Part shown: positions 9,068-17,946 of the stretch, in pieces | Layout of the letters: every line of letters begins with the position of its first letter | How positions within the stretch are numbered: position 1 is the stretch's first letter | IMG/VR virus record: IMGVR_UViG_3300043775_002158 | Span: 1 to 64,000 of that record | From: a virus | Length of the DNA: 64,000 nt | Reading direction: 5' to 3' (one strand) | The notes under the pieces: model-generated | The model's database searches: none | Seen by the model: only the letters and a program-made list of their open reading frames with translations | Told to the model about the DNA's origin: nothing | Program-made: the position numbers and the translations under genes

Positions 9068-10336
9068 ATGAAGAAAGTTATAAGAATGACCGAGAGTCAA
9101 TTAAAGAAAATGGTCGAGAATACTATCAATGAACAATCAAGTAAAAACTACTTTGACGTATACAAAAAAACAGGCGGTGAATTAACACAAGTGTCGCCAA
9201 ATCATATGATGGATAATGAGTCATATGAGGGACAGTCATATCATATATGGGATAATGGTCGTGTTATGAGTGTTGATAATTCTGATAAAACTAATAAACT
9301 AATGGGAACGATGGTTATCATTTCCGATAGTTCATATAAATTCGTGTGGGATAATGGATACACATATGATAGTGCGACCGATAAGGTTACTAAAACTGTT
9401 ACTCAACCAAAGATTAATACAGTTAATTGTGCGCCTCAATTATTGGATATAACTAAAGGTAAGATTTTAAAATTCGGTTGTAAAACACAAGGTGTAAAGG
9501 AATTACAAACATTATTGGATTTTACAACACCGACGGGTTATTTCGGTAAAATTACAAAACAAAAAGTAATTGATTTCCAAAAAAAGAATAACATAGAAGA
9601 TGACGGTATTGTTGGGCCCGAAACATATAAGGCATTAACACCTAATGCCGTCCCTGCACCAGCACAAGATGTAAAAGAATATGATGACATGTATGATGAT
9701 GATTATAATGAGTTAGATAATTTATTCACTAACAATTTCGATACTGAAGATGATTACGATGGTGAACCACTTAGAGGTGACGATGAAGGGTTTAGTAATA
9801 AACTAAGACAAAAACAAATTCAAAAAAAGATGAGATTATCATCAACAGGTTTGGATACATACTATAAAGGTGGTGGAGATTTAAAATCAAATACAATCCC
9901 ACGTGATCAAGACGGAGAAGAAGTTAAATGGTCACCTATTAGGAGTAATGAAATGCCATTAAACAAATACCTTGAGAAAAAGAAAATGGGTGATTTGGAT
10001 GAAGACATTTCAATGTTAGATAGTTTATTTGATAAAGATGAAATAAATGAACAAAGTGGTGGAACGTATGAACAAATAAAGGCCGAGTGGTCTAAAGTAA
10101 ATTCGGACGAGGATACAAGTACTAAAGGATTTGGTGAAGGTAGATCACCTAATGAAAGTATGGCTATGAGAATGGGTCAAATGAAGGCACGTACAATTGT
10201 AGCAAAAAAGGCGGCAGGAATTAAACCTTCAGATAATAAACCATTTTCCGCGACTGTAGGTGCGAGTGAAGTTGATGGTAAAATGTTTAACATGAATAAC
10301 ACGTATGTTTATTTGTGTTTAATGGATAAAAATTAA
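9068..10336 (+). CDS. leader-bearing protein with peptidoglycan-binding domain
   Basis: MKKVIRMTESQLKK leader; LKFG...VKELQ...G.FGK.T...V.DFQK.N.IEDDGIVGPET (PG_binding_1). Confidence 0.8.
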   Translation: MKKVIRMTESQLKKMVENTINEQSSKNYFDVYKKTGGELTQVSPNHMMDNESYEGQSYHIWDNGRVMSVDNSDKTNKLMGTMVIISDSSYKFVWDNGYTYDSATDKVTKTVTQPKINTVNCAPQLLDITKGKILKFGCKTQGVKELQTLLDFTTPTGYFGKITKQKVIDFQKKNNIEDDGIVGPETYKALTPNAVPAPAQDVKEYDDMYDDDYNELDNLFTNNFDTEDDYDGEPLRGDDEGFSNKLRQKQIQKKMRLSSTGLDTYYKGGGDLKSNTIPRDQDGEEVKWSPIRSNEMPLNKYLEKKKMGDLDEDISMLDSLFDKDEINEQSGGTYEQIKAEWSKVNSDEDTSTKGFGEGRSPNESMAMRMGQMKARTIVAKKAAGIKPSDNKPFSATVGASEVDGKMFNMNNTYVYLCLMDKN

Positions 10337-10347
10337 ATTTAAAATAT

Positions 10348-10458
10348 ATGGGAACAGCAGCAAAAAAACCACGTGCTATGAGAAGTAGACGTTCAGGTGT
10401 TAAATCATTTAATATTGTTAAGAAAAACTTAGAAATCTTAAAGAAACTTAAGGGGTAA
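10348..10458 (+). CDS. small basic peptide (36 aa)
   Basis: Hand translation MGTAAKKPRAMRSRRSGVKSFNIVKKNLEILKKLKG; stop overlaps next ATG (TAATG). Confidence 0.6.
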   Translation: MGTAAKKPRAMRSRRSGVKSFNIVKKNLEILKKLKG

Positions 10459-11693
10459 TGAAAATATTATTAAGTGAAGATCAATATAATCGACTAATAG
10501 ATGAGGAAAGACCTCTACCATATACTGAAAAAGAATTAGAAAGAATTAAAAAAAAGTATAAAGATAAACCTATTTCCGAATTTAGAAACGGAGAAGATAG
10601 TTCCGTGTGGAGTTATGTTTATCGTAAAGGTAATGATTATTATCAAGAATTCACTAAAGATATGGTTAGACCCACAAGTAATCATTTAAAATATACCGAC
10701 GATGTGATAAGACAAATCACTAAAAAATATGATGGTAAACCTATTTCTGATTTTATTAGAGATTATTCAAGTTTATATACTAGTATTGGTTATAGAGGAA
10801 AAGAATACTTTGATGATGTCACTAAAAACATGACAAGAAAAATTAGAACTTGGACAGATAAAGAGATTGAAGATGAAGCAAAAAAATACGAACATATTAA
10901 AGACTTTGCCGAAAAATCGCCGAAAGCATTTGGGGCAGCCAAAAATAGAGGACCAATTGTTGTAGATCCAAAAACAGGGGTTGAAAAAAATACAATGGGA
11001 TTCTATCGTAAAGTTACGGCACATATGACACCATTAGGTAATATGTATAGAAGATTAATATATGTTCATGAATTTCGTTATAGAAATGGTAAACCTGCGG
11101 CGGCTTATGTGGGTTTAACATATAATAGTGATAAAAGATATAAACAACATACAAGTGGGGTTGATCATAAACTTAAACAAAAAGATACACCTGTTACGTC
11201 TTTTATGAGACAAAACCCAACATTGAAACATACTTACAAATTATTGACGGATTATTTAGACAAAAATGAGGCGGTTATACAAGAAAGATATTGGGAGGAC
11301 AAATATAAAGAAGATGGTTGGTTAATTTTAAGTGTTAAAAGAGCGGGTAGTTTGGGTGGTAATTTTAAAATCAGAGATCAGGACATTAAAGATTTTCTTG
11401 ATTTATGTTATAGTAAGGGAATGACTTTAACTCAAATAAGACATAAATTTCCTAATCAAGTTAATATTGTATATGCAAGAAATTTACATTTACCTCCACA
11501 CAATTATCTTGAAAAATTTGAAACATCAAGAAATAAACAATATACCGATCAATCGGCATTTGATGCTGCAATGAAATATAAAAGTAATGGGGACATATAC
11601 GAAAAAGATAGAAAATTATATGCCGTATTAGGAAAAAGAAAATTACTACAAAAAGTAAGAGATGCATTTTCAAAACGTAATAAAAAGAAATGA
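10458..11693 (+). CDS. leader-bearing GIY-YIG endonuclease with helical repeats
   Basis: MKILLSEDQYNRLIDEE; LIYVHEF...AYVGLTYNSDKRYKQH...EAVIQERYW; (Y/W)T.....I.KKY repeats. Confidence 0.8.
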   Translation: MKILLSEDQYNRLIDEERPLPYTEKELERIKKKYKDKPISEFRNGEDSSVWSYVYRKGNDYYQEFTKDMVRPTSNHLKYTDDVIRQITKKYDGKPISDFIRDYSSLYTSIGYRGKEYFDDVTKNMTRKIRTWTDKEIEDEAKKYEHIKDFAEKSPKAFGAAKNRGPIVVDPKTGVEKNTMGFYRKVTAHMTPLGNMYRRLIYVHEFRYRNGKPAAAYVGLTYNSDKRYKQHTSGVDHKLKQKDTPVTSFMRQNPTLKHTYKLLTDYLDKNEAVIQERYWEDKYKEDGWLILSVKRAGSLGGNFKIRDQDIKDFLDLCYSKGMTLTQIRHKFPNQVNIVYARNLHLPPHNYLEKFETSRNKQYTDQSAFDAAMKYKSNGDIYEKDRKLYAVLGKRKLLQKVRDAFSKRNKKK

Positions 11694-12214
11694 TGAAATT
11701 ACAGAACATATTATTAGAGAAGTTAAGAGATATGGTATCTATACCTATCTATCATCATACCACTGAGGAACGTGCTTTAGGTATTATGAATAGTAATATG
11801 TTAAAAGGATCTAAACAATACGAGGAGGTTTTAAATTTAGATAGAACATTAAAACAATCCAAACATAAAACGATGGTTTCATTTACTCGTGATAAGAACT
11901 TTATACCAGATGGGTCTATTGGTAATTCTGGTGACGGTCCTCGTATTAAACCTGATATGTTGAACGTAATCTTTGTCGCTGATAGAAGTCGTCTTAAATC
12001 ACGTTATAGGGTGGTTCCTTTTGATTATGGAACAATTGCAAATAAAGCTTGGATGGATACAGTTCCACGTACACGTAAAAACCCTGAGGTTGAGGAAAGG
12101 GTATTAACGGATAGAATATACCCATTGAGACAATACCTTACAAACATCATTTATACAGGTCAAGATCCCGAGGTACAGAAAAAGATAGATGAGTATCTAT
12201 CTGGAATTAAGTAA
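11693..12214 (+). CDS. leader-bearing ADP-ribosyltransferase-like protein
   Basis: MKLQNILLE; IYHHT...VSFTRD...EVEER arrangement typical of the ART fold. Confidence 0.55.
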   Translation: MKLQNILLEKLRDMVSIPIYHHTTEERALGIMNSNMLKGSKQYEEVLNLDRTLKQSKHKTMVSFTRDKNFIPDGSIGNSGDGPRIKPDMLNVIFVADRSRLKSRYRVVPFDYGTIANKAWMDTVPRTRKNPEVEERVLTDRIYPLRQYLTNIIYTGQDPEVQKKIDEYLSGIK

Positions 12215-12226
12215 TATTTATATTTA

Positions 12227-13675
12227 ATGAAGCTTCAGGTAACAGAATCACAATTAAAACTTATTGAACAACAACAGTTAAATGAACTGAAGTGGTTGGC
12301 TAATATACAATCTCATATTGTTAGAATGGACGTTCCATTAACACCATCTTTAGTTAATTACATTTGGGGTAAACAAAGAGTCACAACATTTCATATTGGA
12401 GATGTTCACGGTATTAATGATATGGGATCAATAGTTGGAACAAGAAAATCTTTATCTACATTTAGATTTATGGATAAGGAATTGGTTAAAAATATGAAAG
12501 GGGTTCAAACCGAAGGTGGAATTATCTACCAAATTGTAGGTGATTTACAATTCGATTCTCCAACAGATGTTATGAGCGCACCTGATGAGAAAGGTAGAAG
12601 ATGGGTGAACATTAGAAGTTTTCCACATGATTTTCAAAATAAAGTTGAACATGAGTATGAAAAGTATGAGAAATTCAGACACATGGATGAACCTTCAGGG
12701 TCGGCAAAGGATTTGATAGAATACTATAGATTAATGGATCAATTGGTTCGAGAAAATGCGAAAGAAATACGTGAATATTTTACTGATATTAAAAAGAACA
12801 GAGGTGGTAGGGAAAGTTTATGGAATGAAACTGTTGTGAATAATATCGAAGTTAAGGACATATTATGGAAAGAAGATATTGTTGCGTTTTTAGATAATTG
12901 GGAAACAAAGGAACAAAGATTACGAGTACTTAATGAAATTGGTATAAAGTTGAGTTCAATCTCCACCGGAACGGTTTACTTGGCCGATAAAGGTGGCACA
13001 TTTGGTTTTAGAGATATTAATCCCGTTAAATGGGTTGAACAAAGAGGAGGATTAACTAATTTTAAAAAATATGTTAAGAAATTCCATGTTGATAGTGAAC
13101 CAAGAACAATACATATTAACGAAGACAAACCAAATCCTAATAATCCACCACATGTAAAATATGGTCAGGGTTATGTTTTAATTACACCCGACAAACCTAT
13201 AGATAAAACTGCTTGTGTCATTCTTGGTGGTTGGAACAATACAGATGGTAATCATAAACAATTGGTAAAGTTTATTCCTGAAAATATACAGTATAAAAAA
13301 ACAATACTAATTACTTTACCCGGATCGACAATGGATGAAATTCAAAAAATATTAGGGAACACTAAAATTAAATCTATAATAGGTTTTGAAGAGGGTGGGA
13401 CTAATGCATGTAAGTACGCAGGTGAGTATGATTTAGTTGGGTTAATTAATCCTGTTTTAAATAAAGATTCACGTAGATATCATATTAACGATAAAAGAGT
13501 TTTCATGTTGTATGACCCAAATAGGAATATTTTAAATGGTAATAAAATTGAACGAGGAGAAAAATACCAAAAAGAATTTGCCTCAATTATGACGGGTAAT
13601 GCTATACCACTTAAAGACTATAAAAGTGAAAATATGTTAACTTATTTCCTTAATAAGTTTCAAAATAATATTTAA
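12227..13675 (+). CDS. leader-bearing two-domain protein (ART-like N-domain, degenerate alpha/beta-hydrolase C-domain)
   Basis: MKLQVTESQLK; TFH...SLSTF...WNE; then VILGG...IIGFEEGG (Ser absent). Confidence 0.45.
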   Translation: MKLQVTESQLKLIEQQQLNELKWLANIQSHIVRMDVPLTPSLVNYIWGKQRVTTFHIGDVHGINDMGSIVGTRKSLSTFRFMDKELVKNMKGVQTEGGIIYQIVGDLQFDSPTDVMSAPDEKGRRWVNIRSFPHDFQNKVEHEYEKYEKFRHMDEPSGSAKDLIEYYRLMDQLVRENAKEIREYFTDIKKNRGGRESLWNETVVNNIEVKDILWKEDIVAFLDNWETKEQRLRVLNEIGIKLSSISTGTVYLADKGGTFGFRDINPVKWVEQRGGLTNFKKYVKKFHVDSEPRTIHINEDKPNPNNPPHVKYGQGYVLITPDKPIDKTACVILGGWNNTDGNHKQLVKFIPENIQYKKTILITLPGSTMDEIQKILGNTKIKSIIGFEEGGTNACKYAGEYDLVGLINPVLNKDSRRYHINDKRVFMLYDPNRNILNGNKIERGEKYQKEFASIMTGNAIPLKDYKSENMLTYFLNKFQNNI

Positions 13676-13677
13676 AA

Positions 13678-14232
13678 TTATTTTAACATACTTTTAATAT
13701 TTTTACCATATGTACCTTTTGGACAATCTGGAGGTGGACAATAGATATCGCTCAATTTGTTAATATATGTTTCTTTTGGTAATTTGCTCATACCATTACT
13801 ATCTTGCCACAATTTATAATCTTTAACTGAATCTTGCCAATTATTATAGGCAGCATGATTTCCGTGTAATTTGTGTTTACCAATTGCCGTTGTTGGTCTT
13901 AGTTTCGCCAATTTCATACCAAATAGATTATTATTATCGTAAAAAATTTCACTTTTAAAATGTTTACTTTCCCATTTTGCTTGAGCTAATGCAACATCAG
14001 GATGAACAATATTTAATTTTTTAATTTCAGCTTTTAAATTTTCAGGTGTAAAAGGTAATGGTTTAGGTTCAGTACTTTTCGGTGCGTCATTACCAAATTT
14101 AGATTTAACATAATCAACCGCTGATTTACCCATATCAAAAGCCGATTTACCAAGATTAACAGCATTTAAACCGTCTATTTGTTCATTAATTAACCTATCA
14201 AGATCACTTTTTTTAATTCTAATAATTTTCAT
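13678..14232 (-). CDS. leader-bearing GH73 glucosaminidase (peptidoglycan hydrolase)
   Basis: ALAQAKWES...NNNLFGMK...AYNNWQDSVKDY; MKIIRIKKSDLDRLINEQ leader. Confidence 0.85.
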   Translation of the reverse strand: MKIIRIKKSDLDRLINEQIDGLNAVNLGKSAFDMGKSAVDYVKSKFGNDAPKSTEPKPLPFTPENLKAEIKKLNIVHPDVALAQAKWESKHFKSEIFYDNNNLFGMKLAKLRPTTAIGKHKLHGNHAAYNNWQDSVKDYKLWQDSNGMSKLPKETYINKLSDIYCPPPDCPKGTYGKNIKSMLK

Positions 14233-14258
14233 ATAAAAATAAATATTTCTATAAATAT

Positions 14259-14290
14259 TTTGAATATTCCAAAATATATACTTATCTTTG
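14259..14290 (+). promoter_or_regulatory. Bacteroidota sigma70-type promoter
   Basis: TTTG 14259-14262, TATCTTTG 14283-14290. Confidence 0.75.
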
Positions 14291-14309
14291 TGGTGTAAAT
14301 TAAAAATAT

Positions 14310-15737
14310 ATGAAAAAATTTTATTATTTGGTATTGGTCATTTTAACAGTAAGTTGTTCTAAAACCTTGGAAACCAAGACAATAACTCAACCTATTGGAG
14401 ACAAGGGTTCGATTGTTTTATTGTCCGTTAACTTGGAGAATCATGTTGACACTTTGTCTATTAGTGGGGTTTACGAACCAAAATTAATAGCAACATACTC
14501 TAATGGGTATAAATCTAATGTTAGTGATAGTGCGACTATTACAACATCAGATCCGACCGTTTTTAAATCTAATAAATCGTACTACGGAGCAAAGTCAGGT
14601 AAGGCGATATTTGACATTAAATTCAAGGAATATACATTCAAAGATACCGTTACGGTTTCCGAAATAGAGTATGTTGATATGTCTAAGTTCTCGTTCTTAA
14701 ATACACCATCTAATCCAAGTGCCAATATTGTTGTACCAATTGTTGTTATTAATTATTACCCCACTTTAAATGGAATTGACATTGATACAAAAAGAGCACC
14801 TGGTTTAGGTACCGCATCTCCAATAACTTTGGATGGTATTAAAGAAAAAACTGTTCAATTTTTAAATTTAACAAAATATGGTTTAGAACAAGGATCTAAA
14901 TTTAGGGGATATAATAATCCATCTCAAACTTCATCCGTATCATTTAAGGTTGTTAAATACATAAATGTTTATGAAATTAAAAAAGGAATGATGGACAGAT
15001 TAGGTGGAGTTGTTTATCAACCTGACTATGTTGAATTATTTACTAAACTTAATTTGAAACAACTTGTTGAAAATGAAGGTGTAAAAGAAGTTTGGTTTTC
15101 ATTAAGACCAATTAGTAATGAATACCCTGTTGTTAAAAATGAAAATATAAGTCCAGAAAATTTTATAAACCTTCCCGAATCTAATATGTCAAGTCCAACG
15201 GGAGACGTATCAAACAGTGTACGTTATCAAAATGATTTACCCGTTTACAATAAAACATATGTTGTTTATGGATATAATTTGGAAACGTCATCTGCGAACA
15301 TGATACATAACCGAGGACATCAAATTGAAGCACAATTATCACATTTAGATGGTAATTTTTGGGGAAATCATTCAAATAAAACTGATGGTTATGGTGATAG
15401 TACTCGTTTAGGTTGTACACACAAACCACCAAATACAACAAAAGATTATGATTGGAATAACAAGTCTTTTGCTATGAGTGATATTGAAGATTGGAAACCG
15501 ACAGGTGGAACAAGAAAATTAATTAATAGTGATAGATGGATGAACATTAACTATACTCCCCCTACGCCAGTTAATTCTATACCTTACGATCCAAATGATT
15601 CTCAAATGAAATGGTTAATATTTTGGCTACAAAGTATTCCAAGTAATAACAGTAATATAAGTGGAGCGTCAAATTGGTGGGATTTATTTTACAATTGGGA
15701 TGATGCAATAAAAAATAGAAAAAGACTTACGTTTTAA
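14310..15737 (+). CDS. lipoprotein with Ig-like domain and zincin-like C-terminal domain
   Basis: Signal peptide with lipobox LTVSC; ATYSNG Ig-like segment; HNRGHQIE (HxxGH..E). Confidence 0.6.
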   Translation: MKKFYYLVLVILTVSCSKTLETKTITQPIGDKGSIVLLSVNLENHVDTLSISGVYEPKLIATYSNGYKSNVSDSATITTSDPTVFKSNKSYYGAKSGKAIFDIKFKEYTFKDTVTVSEIEYVDMSKFSFLNTPSNPSANIVVPIVVINYYPTLNGIDIDTKRAPGLGTASPITLDGIKEKTVQFLNLTKYGLEQGSKFRGYNNPSQTSSVSFKVVKYINVYEIKKGMMDRLGGVVYQPDYVELFTKLNLKQLVENEGVKEVWFSLRPISNEYPVVKNENISPENFINLPESNMSSPTGDVSNSVRYQNDLPVYNKTYVVYGYNLETSSANMIHNRGHQIEAQLSHLDGNFWGNHSNKTDGYGDSTRLGCTHKPPNTTKDYDWNNKSFAMSDIEDWKPTGGTRKLINSDRWMNINYTPPTPVNSIPYDPNDSQMKWLIFWLQSIPSNNSNISGASNWWDLFYNWDDAIKNRKRLTF

Positions 15738-15812
15738 AATACCCAGTATTATACTAGTATTAATATATCTAGTTTAAAACCAGTCTAGTATACTAGATAA
15801 ATACTGGAAATT

Positions 15813-16616
15813 TTATAAAAAAATTAAATAATCTTTTAAACCTTTTTCTAAATTATATTGAGGAGTCCAACCGACCATCCAATTTTCAGAATTACTTTTA
15901 GTATGAAATTGATATCCCTTTGGGATATCTTTTTCATTATGGTAGGTGTATGGTATTTCTAATATGTCTAATACATCTTCAAAAGTTCTAGCATCCCCAC
16001 TACCAACCTCATACCATTGACCTTGGTAATCTTCAAACCATTCCATGGCAAATAAATTCGCACTTATGATATCTTTTACATATACAAAGTCTCGTTGTGG
16101 TTTTTTGGGGAATAACTTGATTTCTTGACCCTCTTTTTGTTTTTCCAACATTTGATACGCCACCGACGCCATCTTCCCTTTATGGTCTTCTAATGGACCG
16201 TAAACGTTAAAATAACGTAAAGCAATACCCCCACATTTAATAACATATTGTTCTGCGGTATATTTGCTCCAACCATATAGATTTGAAGGGTATTCATCAT
16301 TTGTACCGTAGTTTGCCGCTGACGATGAGTAAATAAACTTTTTACCCAATAATTGACACCATTCCGCAACTCTACGAGTAAACTCAAAATTACGAGTCAT
16401 CATGTAATTCACATCAGTTTCCAAGGTATCCGAACAAGCACCGACGTGAAATACCACATTAGGATCAAATCGATTTAATTTAAAATATATTTCATTATAC
16501 CAATCGGAGACATCAAAAATATCCTCATTAATTTCTAATATTTCGTGTTGGTCTTTTAATTCATTTAATAGGTTTTTTCCAATAAAACCATTTGTTCCTG
16601 TTATTAAAATTTTCAT
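15813..16616 (-). CDS. rfaD: ADP-L-glycero-D-manno-heptose 6-epimerase
   Basis: TGTNGFIG, FHVGACSDT, YSSSAANYG, YGWSK, LRYFNVYGPLEDHKGKMASV, RDFVYVKD. Confidence 0.9.
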   Translation of the reverse strand: MKILITGTNGFIGKNLLNELKDQHEILEINEDIFDVSDWYNEIYFKLNRFDPNVVFHVGACSDTLETDVNYMMTRNFEFTRRVAEWCQLLGKKFIYSSSAANYGTNDEYPSNLYGWSKYTAEQYVIKCGGIALRYFNVYGPLEDHKGKMASVAYQMLEKQKEGQEIKLFPKKPQRDFVYVKDIISANLFAMEWFEDYQGQWYEVGSGDARTFEDVLDILEIPYTYHNEKDIPKGYQFHTKSNSENWMVGWTPQYNLEKGLKDYLIFL

Positions 16617-16618
16617 AA

Positions 16619-17377
16619 CTATTTTTTTTGTCTTACTATTGGTACGCTCACCCCTCTTTTCTGAACAACGATTGAAGCCATTTTATTTGCATATATTATT
16701 GATTCCTCAACGTTTTTAGTTTCCAAATATTTTACAGTAAAAGATGCTGTAAATGTATCACCAGCACCACTAACATCAATTGTTTCACGAGGATCTGGTG
16801 ATGGGTATATGTTATCCATATATCTAGCACCTTTTGACCCTAACGTAACTAATATTTTATTTAACCAACATGTGTCAAAATCGTGTTTTAAAAACTCAGA
16901 TTCGTTTAGTTTAATAAAATTGAAGGATGATAAAATTTTATTACCTATTTTTTTCTTTGTATCCATAACAATAAAACGAGAATGATATGCAACTTCTAAT
17001 AATATTTCTTCGTTCAAATAACCTTTGTTGTAATCGCTCACAATAACTGCGTCAGATTCTTTTATTTCGTCAATTACATCGTCAGTCAATTCCAAAGGTG
17101 TAATTGTTTCCTCACCCTCATCAATTCTAATAAACATATGATTAGATTTATCATCCACATATCTTGTCTTCTTAATTGGTTGAAATTGATGTAAATGTTT
17201 AATCGTTACATCTTGATCTAGCGACTTCAAATTTTCAACTACGTTTCCCGCCATTCCAAAATTTCTTTCTACATATAATGGATTAAAAACTGGTACAGGG
17301 GCTTCAGGACTTAATCTCTTTGTTTCACCATATACGAATATATCCGTACAAAATTCACCTATTACTGTTATTTTCAT
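16619..17377 (-). CDS. rfaE: heptose-7-phosphate kinase (RfaE/HldE kinase domain, PfkB family)
   Basis: RLSPEAPVPV, GMAGNV, SDYNKG, DVSGAGDTF. Confidence 0.85.
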   Translation of the reverse strand: MKITVIGEFCTDIFVYGETKRLSPEAPVPVFNPLYVERNFGMAGNVVENLKSLDQDVTIKHLHQFQPIKKTRYVDDKSNHMFIRIDEGEETITPLELTDDVIDEIKESDAVIVSDYNKGYLNEEILLEVAYHSRFIVMDTKKKIGNKILSSFNFIKLNESEFLKHDFDTCWLNKILVTLGSKGARYMDNIYPSPDPRETIDVSGAGDTFTASFTVKYLETKNVEESIIYANKMASIVVQKRGVSVPIVRQKK

Positions 17378-17436
17378 ATTATAATATAATAAAACAAATA
17401 CTAAAATCCAAGTATTTATATAGAAACACAGATAAA

Positions 17437-17886
17437 ATGGGAAAGAAATTTAAAATCACAGAAGACCAATTAAAAAGATTGGTGGAAAATAAAAGTAGAA
17501 TTCAAGAACAAATGGATGAAGAACTTGATGGTCCTTCAAGAGAAGAGTATTTTGCAAAACACGGAGATGATAATATGGGTTGGACAGGTAGTTCAAACAA
17601 AACATATCAAGATTTACCTGATGGTGACTATGATGATGAAACATATGATGATTTTGACACATTACATAGTGCTTACCCTAATTTCCATTCACATTATTCA
17701 GGTAAAGGTGAGGTAGATCGAGCAAGAGGAATGTTTGGTACATATAAAAACCTTCGTGGTCCATTACGTATAAAGAAAAGAAGATCTATGGATGAGATGG
17801 GCATGAAAGAAGATGGTATGATGAACGAATCGATTAAACAATATAAAACCGAATTTGATAGGTTTTTAAAGAAACCAAAACAATAG
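17437..17886 (+). CDS. leader-bearing acidic hypothetical protein
   Basis: Start moved to ATG 17437 (MGKKFKITEDQLKRLVE) after TATTTATA. Confidence 0.75.
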   Translation: MGKKFKITEDQLKRLVENKSRIQEQMDEELDGPSREEYFAKHGDDNMGWTGSSNKTYQDLPDGDYDDETYDDFDTLHSAYPNFHSHYSGKGEVDRARGMFGTYKNLRGPLRIKKRRSMDEMGMKEDGMMNESIKQYKTEFDRFLKKPKQ

Positions 17887-17892
17887 TTAATG

Positions 17893-17917
17893 AACCCTTC
17901 AGAAATGAGGGGTTTTT
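17893..17917 (+). terminator. intrinsic terminator
   Basis: AACCCTTCA-GAAA-TGAGGGGTT plus T-run. Confidence 0.7.
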
Positions 17918-17946
17918 TATTATATCTATAGGGATATTTATATACA

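Noticed and set aside
15742-15807. Nested palindromes (CCAGTATT/AATACTGG, TCTAGTATACTAGA)
   Set aside because: Lies between convergent genes and is adequately explained as a bidirectional terminator-like structure
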